64,000 nt of DNA from Alloascoidea hylecoeti (Eukaryota), in the NCBI GenBank assembly GCA_001600815.1, contig BCKZ01000010.1:494142-558141 (forward strand), given 5' to 3'. The notes beneath the pieces are model-generated. The model searched no databases. It saw only the letters and a program-made list of their open reading frames with translations, and was not told the DNA's origin. How positions within the stretch are numbered: position 1 is the stretch's first letter; each line of letters starts with the position of its first letter. A program made the position numbers and the translations under genes. Below are positions 57,747-64,000 of this stretch, piece after piece.

Positions 57747-60063
57747 TCAAACATATTTTAAAGGTTCGTCTCCATATCTTTCTTTAAATAATCCAAGCGC
57801 TTTAATTGAAAACATAAATTTATAATTTGGATATTCAATGGCACTAATAAAAAATGATTAATTTTTTCTGTAATTAGTAAAAATTTGTTTACCTATCAAT
57901 TAGATTTTAACTTACCATGAATGATTAAAGACCCCCTCAATATCTTCAAATTTCCATTCTCCAGTAGGTAATTGACGATCCATAATTAACTATAGTTTAA
58001 AGATTAGTAATGAGATAATGGGTGGAGAAGATGACAAAAAATAGACATACCTTTATTCCCTTCTCAATTATTCTTCTATCAGGATACTTTGCTAAAATTA
58101 ATCCAATTACTGCCCAACTTGTCTGAACAACAAGACTTTTACCTTTTGCACAACTAACATAATTATGTGTTTCACTACTTTTCATAGTTTCACCCCATCC
58201 ACCATCAATTTCTTGTCTACTAATCAAAAAATCACAAGCTTTTTTAACATGACTTGAATTTTCATAGTTTAAACCAACTGATTTTAATGATTCTAATGCA
58301 AACATACTTGCATAGGTATAACATACCCCCCAGCATCCATACCATGATCCATCAGGTTCTTGGCAACTTTTAATATAATCAATGGCTCTATTGATTGCAA
58401 TCGTAATCTCATCTTTTTTATAATCATAATGATCTCTAAAATAAGTAAGACCTAAAACTGATGAATCTGTACATTCAACATAAGGATATTCAACCATAAT
58501 ATTACCAAAAACTTCAGCAGGATTAATTAATTCTAAAAGAGGAGTTGCTCTAATTTTTTCATATGTTGAAAAAGATCCAAAATGAAAAGATCCAAGATTT
58601 TGAAGTGATAATAAAACATCGATACCACTATATAAATTTTCATCATTAATTTCATTTTTATAATTTGAAAAATAAGAAGAATTTCTAACCATTATAATTG
58701 CTTTCATTGCTTCAGCTGTACAATCAGAAACAGTATATCCTTGTTCTTTTGTTGAAAAAGGCCAACCTCCAGTTCTTTTATCACGATAACTTCCATTACT
58801 ACATTCATTTGTAAATTGACTTCTAATTAAAAATCTATAACCTTTTAAAATCATATCATGAAATCTTGAATCTGATTCTAAACCAGACATAAAAAAATAT
58901 TGAATTGCAAAAGCTGTATCCCAAACTTGAGAACCATTTGTACCCATTACACACATTCCTTGTTTACCATGAAATAATGTATCTTTTGATCGATTTATTA
59001 ATTTTTGAAAATTTTTACTATCTTTTCCTTCTTCTAAAAATGTAACAATTACATTAAATGCAAAACTAACAGGTGCAATACATAAATGTTCAGTATTTAA
59101 ATATTCAAATTTAATTTGTTTATAAACTTCATTATTAGCTTTTTTTAATAACCAATTTGGTCTTAAATTTTTTTCATATAATGAAAGGAATTTATTTGCA
59201 ATATTTAAAACTGTTGAATGTGGATAATATAAATCAACATCACAAATATTATTTCTCATTTGATTCCATTTAATTTCATTATATGGCTTTAAATAAATCT
59301 CCGATCTAATTTCTTCCAATAGAGGATTCAGATCACATTTAATCTTCAAAGATGATAGGTATGAAAGAGGTTGATAAACAGCCCTTGTATGAACCCACCA
59401 TTTTGCAGGATGGGCAGGGAAAGAATACGGTAATAGCCATAATTCAGGTGGTGCTGGATTAACACCATCCCATTCATATAGATTTAATATTGATAACCAT
59501 GCTTTACCCCAATGTGGACACCCAACTGCACCGCCTAATGAATGTAATGTTCTTCTTGCTCTAACACATACTTCATGATTTGAAGGTACACCTAACAGCC
59601 TTAATATAACATAATTTAATGAAGTACCAAAGCAAGTTGATTTATCAACGGAGTGTAATCCCCAGCCACCGTCGACGGGATGTGCGGTATTGACAATATA
59701 CCTTATGATTTCAATTTTTTCATGTTCGGGGATTGATGTTTTTGTGAAATAATGTGATGCAATATATCCGATTGTCATAAACATGGGACCTTTATACTGA
59801 CATGGCCATATTCCATTATCTAATTGTAATCTTTCGAAAAACACAGCACCATTTTTAGCAGAATCAAAAGGGGTCTTTGGAGTATCAAGAACTGGTGGAT
59901 TCCAATCAGGGGTACCTAGATTATATTTAACAAATGGATGTTGAAGATCAGGAATTGGATCATTGGCATATGACCAATATTCACGACCTAATGGAGATGT
60001 ATGAAGTTGCCAACGTGAAGGATCTGTTTTTGGAAGACCGCCCACCTCCTCAGAATAAAACAT
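57747..60063 (-). CDS. ERG7: Lanosterol synthase, about 727 aa; exons 58051-60063, 57916-57989 and 57747-57843
   Basis: VSDCTAEA catalytic motif and QW repeats. Introns 57990-58050 and 57844-57915 restore the C-terminal IEGVFNHSCAIEYPNYKF. Confidence 0.96.
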
Positions 60064-61583
60064 TTGAATAATAAATAACTTTTAAATGATATTGTTTACA
60101 AGAAAATAGAATGAAAAAAAGTGGTTTGGAGAAAGAATAAAACCGTTTTTGTTGTTGCTAATCGCGAACGGACATTACATAAACAGTGTGGGTGAAATTT
60201 CATTATTGGCTGAACAATAAAATATTAATGATACGATCCGTAAGCTGCTGCAGGTATCGCTGAAAAGGGAATTATTCAATCCCAGGCTGCAGGTCCATTT
60301 ACTCGAGATACAATTACAATTACAATTAAATGAAGAGATCTCTCATTAATTTACAGGTAAATAAGTCTCTTGAAACCTTTTTTAATTGTTTTTGTACTTG
60401 AAGATTTTTTGTTTACTTATGTTTAAAATCATATGTACCTGGTATGAAAAATACCTTTTTGCGAGTAAATATGGTACCATGGGCATAATTTAATATAACA
60501 GTAAGGTGAAGGGTGAAACCCAATACTCAGCAAACACTGATCGATCTCAGACATAAACAAACCAATTTTAATCCTCATTGCTTATAACTTGGTTTTGGAT
60601 CTGGATCCAGTGAAAAACAATGAAAGCTAGTTAGTTAGAGCAAGTTAGAGCAAAATTTAGTTCTCTATAAGCATACAAGACCCATGTTCATGTTTATTAC
60701 TAAACAGTTCGATTACAACTTGTCTATCTTATATCGCTAGTTAATAGTAAAATTTTAGTGCTGTTCCAAACGTATTAGTATAAACCGATAATGTAATAAT
60801 TAACCTATAATTGTCTAAATCAAGCTACATCTAGATCTAGCTATATGAATAGTAGATGGTCATGTTTCTGCAACTATATTATTATCACGATCAAATATTT
60901 ATGATTTTATAAATAGCTGTAGTTTAAGCGCTTAAGAATGAAAACATATAAATAGTTATGAATTGTTATTACAATTACAATAAGTTCATCACAATTAAAT
61001 ATATCTCAAATGAGGTTAGACTTATAAGCAAAGATTATCTTGCAAGGTGCTCTTCCTAACTTCTAATATCTTGCAATAGGTAATCAATTGATTCTATATC
61101 AATTTTAACTGTTCTGTTTGTTGTGTTTGACCTTCTGTTTCTGGTTTGTTGAAAAATATCTAAATCTGTCAAAATATTCGCCACGGTGAAGACATATTAT
61201 CGGTATGGAGACAAATAAATATCGGGAGGAAATTTGACTGAATTTCTAGGGTAAATGATTAAAAAAGTGGGCGGGCACACAATTCCTAAATTGTAGAAGT
61301 GCACTCAAGTCTCGTTATCTGAGTCATATATTATCGGCATTTTGAATAGTAATATTTTGACAGTATCAAGTGATCAAAAGTCTAGATTAATTTGTACCTG
61401 AAAGTCCAATACAGATAATCCCGAGATACATGTAAGGCTTTCTAACTCCGCCAAACTCCAGCAAACTCCAAATTCCAGAATAAATTGATGCTCTTCGACT
61501 CATTTGAATTTTACTATAAAAATTCTGGTTCCTGCTGATTATCCAGTTAATATTATTCATCAATTTATTTTCACCATTGAAAA

Positions 61584-63404
61584 ATGACCAGAAGTCACAA
61601 CAATTCCATGCGGGAAAATAAAAATAACTCCACACGTGATGTTGATGATGATGCATCTTCAACTACTACAGACACAAATAATGAGAGTGAGAATAAAAAT
61701 CATAGAAAAGCAAATAAAAACTCAGCAGATACTTCAAGTACTTTTAATCCTAAAAACCAAATGACATCTACCGAGCATGTAGATGAAAATGATTTTACCG
61801 GTCGCCTGAGTATAGGTACTCGTACCAATTCAAATTCAGAAGGGAATAATATAAATGGAACTGATATAGGTTCACAGCATGACCAAGAAAATCATAAAGA
61901 AGAGAACAATAATACTACAAAGTGTACTATTTTTACAAAAAATGAAATGTGGATGATTTGTGTAGCCGCTGCAACCTTTGGCTTCTTTTCAGCCATTTCT
62001 TCTTCAGTTTATGCACCAGCTATACCGACTTTAAAGAAGCAATTTCACGTATCAACTGAATTAATCAATTTGACTATTGTTGCATATTCTATTTTTCAAG
62101 GTTTATCACCTAGTGTTTTTGCATCATTTGCTGATTCCTTTGGTAGAAGACCTGTTGTTGCTGTTTGTTATACTATTTATATCGTTGCTAACATTGGATT
62201 AGCTCGTACAAATGTTTATTGGTTATTGTTTGTATTGAGATGTCTTCAAGCGACAGGTATTGCTTCAGCCATATCAATTGGTGCTGGCATAATTGGTGAT
62301 ATAACAACGCGATCCAATAGAGGAACGTATATGAGTATTTTCAGTGGTATTACGATCATTGCAGTTGCCTTTGGGCCATTAATGGGAGGTGCTTTATCCA
62401 ACAATCTTGGTTGGAGATCAATATTTTGGTTCCTTTGTATTTCAAGTGGATGCTTTTTCATATTTAGTATCTTTGTACTACCAGAAACCAAAAGAGCAAT
62501 TGTTGGAAATGGATCGATTAAACCAAAACATTGGTGGTGCAGAGCGCCAATAATGTATATTTCAAGGTTTAGAAATAGAACATCTTTTTCAAATCCAAAT
62601 TTCATTCCTGATTATGACTCTTTAGATCCACCCAGAAAACTTAATATATTTATGCCGTTCTTACTATTAACAAATTTACAAATTGTTTTCGTTCTGGTTC
62701 CTGTTTCATTATACAATGCTGGCTGGACAATGGCAATAACTCAGACTTCAACATTGTTGAGTACAAATTATAATTATAATACTCTTCAAGTTGGGCTTTG
62801 TTATATTGCAAGTGGTATGGGTAGTCTAATTGGTAGTGTTTCAGCTGGTCCGGTTTTAGATAGATATTATAAAAAATGTAAAGATATTCATATAATTGAA
62901 TTAAATAAGTATAAACAATTAGCAGATATTGAAAAACAAGGTGTTGAAGAACCATTTTTTAATATTTATAAAGCAAGACTGATGATGAATATTTTCCCGT
63001 CTATACTTGTTTCTTTATCTTTTATATTACTTGGCTGGACAATTGAATATAAAGTTCACATTTCAGTACCATTGATTGCACTATTTTTGTCATCCTTTGG
63101 TGTTTGTTATTTCATGTCAACAACTTCAACTCTACTTGTTGATTTATATCCTCAATCTTCATCATCTGCTTCTGCAACATACAATTTATCTAGATGTTTA
63201 ATGGTTGCTGTTGGAGTTGCTGTTGTTGATAAAATGTGCAGTTCTTTGGGATCTGGTGGAGCATTTACTTTAATTGCAGGAATATGCTTTTTGTCTGTTG
63301 GTTTGATTTATTGGCAAATTTGGATAGCACCTAAATGGGATTCAGATGCAAAAAAGAAATCAAATCTTAATGAAAATTCTCATGCTCATGATGGATTAAA
63401 ATAA
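61584..63404 (+). CDS. MFS DHA1 drug:H+ antiporter, QDR/AQR1-like
   Basis: INLTIVAYSIFQGLSP, ADSFGRRP, GWRSIFWFL, LPETKRAIVGNGS. Confidence 0.9.
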   Translation: MTRSHNNSMRENKNNSTRDVDDDASSTTTDTNNESENKNHRKANKNSADTSSTFNPKNQMTSTEHVDENDFTGRLSIGTRTNSNSEGNNINGTDIGSQHDQENHKEENNNTTKCTIFTKNEMWMICVAAATFGFFSAISSSVYAPAIPTLKKQFHVSTELINLTIVAYSIFQGLSPSVFASFADSFGRRPVVAVCYTIYIVANIGLARTNVYWLLFVLRCLQATGIASAISIGAGIIGDITTRSNRGTYMSIFSGITIIAVAFGPLMGGALSNNLGWRSIFWFLCISSGCFFIFSIFVLPETKRAIVGNGSIKPKHWWCRAPIMYISRFRNRTSFSNPNFIPDYDSLDPPRKLNIFMPFLLLTNLQIVFVLVPVSLYNAGWTMAITQTSTLLSTNYNYNTLQVGLCYIASGMGSLIGSVSAGPVLDRYYKKCKDIHIIELNKYKQLADIEKQGVEEPFFNIYKARLMMNIFPSILVSLSFILLGWTIEYKVHISVPLIALFLSSFGVCYFMSTTSTLLVDLYPQSSSSASATYNLSRCLMVAVGVAVVDKMCSSLGSGGAFTLIAGICFLSVGLIYWQIWIAPKWDSDAKKKSNLNENSHAHDGLK

Positions 63405-63586
63405 AATAATATACCTATTGATCATATGATATATAAAATGTTGTACTGGTGTATGGTGGTTATAAGTCTTGTAAGTACAACAATTTCATACTGGTACCGG
63501 AATAAAAAAACAACTTCATATCGACTTAACTATAAATTCTATAATTACAATTGCAAAGTCATGTACTCATATATTCAAATCTAGAT

Positions 63587-64000
63587 TTAAAATAATAACC
63601 CTTCGTAAGGAGGTGTAGGTTCAAACTCATTAATATCATATTTATCTTGTTCAATTTCATCATAGGATGGAACCCGTGACAAATTCACTGGATCTAAAGC
63701 TGATCTGGAAATCTCATGACCACGGTTATCATCAGGCGCAGTCGATGAAATATCGCTTAGAGTCGACACCAGACTTAAGTTTTCATTTGAACTAAAGTTG
63801 CTGAGGGATGATTCAGAAGTTATTAATTCAGCGATGTTTAAATTTGAGCCATTTGCAACAGTATTGAAACATCTGGACATTGGATTCCGGGCAGCCTCCT
63901 CTCTTGCATTATTAATAGAGTTTTCAGGACAATCACAATGAGTGCCAGATAAATTAATAGTATCATTCTCAAAATTAGATCTTGGTATGAGCCTATTGTC
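63587..64000 (-). CDS. 3' end of a second Rod1-like alpha-arrestin
   Basis: The frame is open to the window edge. LSRVPSYDE...EPTPPYE parallels LSRVPSYET...ELTPRYQ in the 21564 gene. Confidence 0.65.
   Translation of the reverse strand, partial: DNRLIPRSNFENDTINLSGTHCDCPENSINNAREEAARNPMSRCFNTVANGSNLNIAELITSESSLSNFSSNENLSLVSTLSDISSTAPDDNRGHEISRSALDPVNLSRVPSYDEIEQDKYDINEFEPTPPYEGLLF

Noticed and set aside
60186..60240. SREBP or Upc2 elements in the ERG7 promoter
   Set aside because: Only imperfect matches (TCACCCAC, TCGTATC).

Overview
This is a very AT-rich fungal nuclear window with yeast-like gene density and several short spliceosomal introns. It also carries a SCAP gene, which points to an early-diverging budding yeast (inference). 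It is mostly housekeeping genes: two DLD1 paralogs, UTP5, HPT1, SGM1, ARO3, PFA5, TFB3, CGI121, an AP-1 accessory-like protein, two ROD1-type arrestins, TLG2, a PalI/Sur7 protein, an OPT transporter, two ATO/ADY2 genes, ADP1, SCAP, an RMD1-family gene, GFA1, ERG7 and a QDR-type MFS. I rebuilt intron/exon structures by hand for six genes that the ORF track truncates. Items the ORF track misses are a degraded Helitron-type PIF1 helicase relic next to a copia fragment in a fold-back repeat, a DLD1 paralog lacking the mitochondrial leader, MLP1 and Mid2-like pseudogenes, and four structured non-coding islands. I found no complete, clearly new multi-gene system. All identifications are by motif recognition, not database search.
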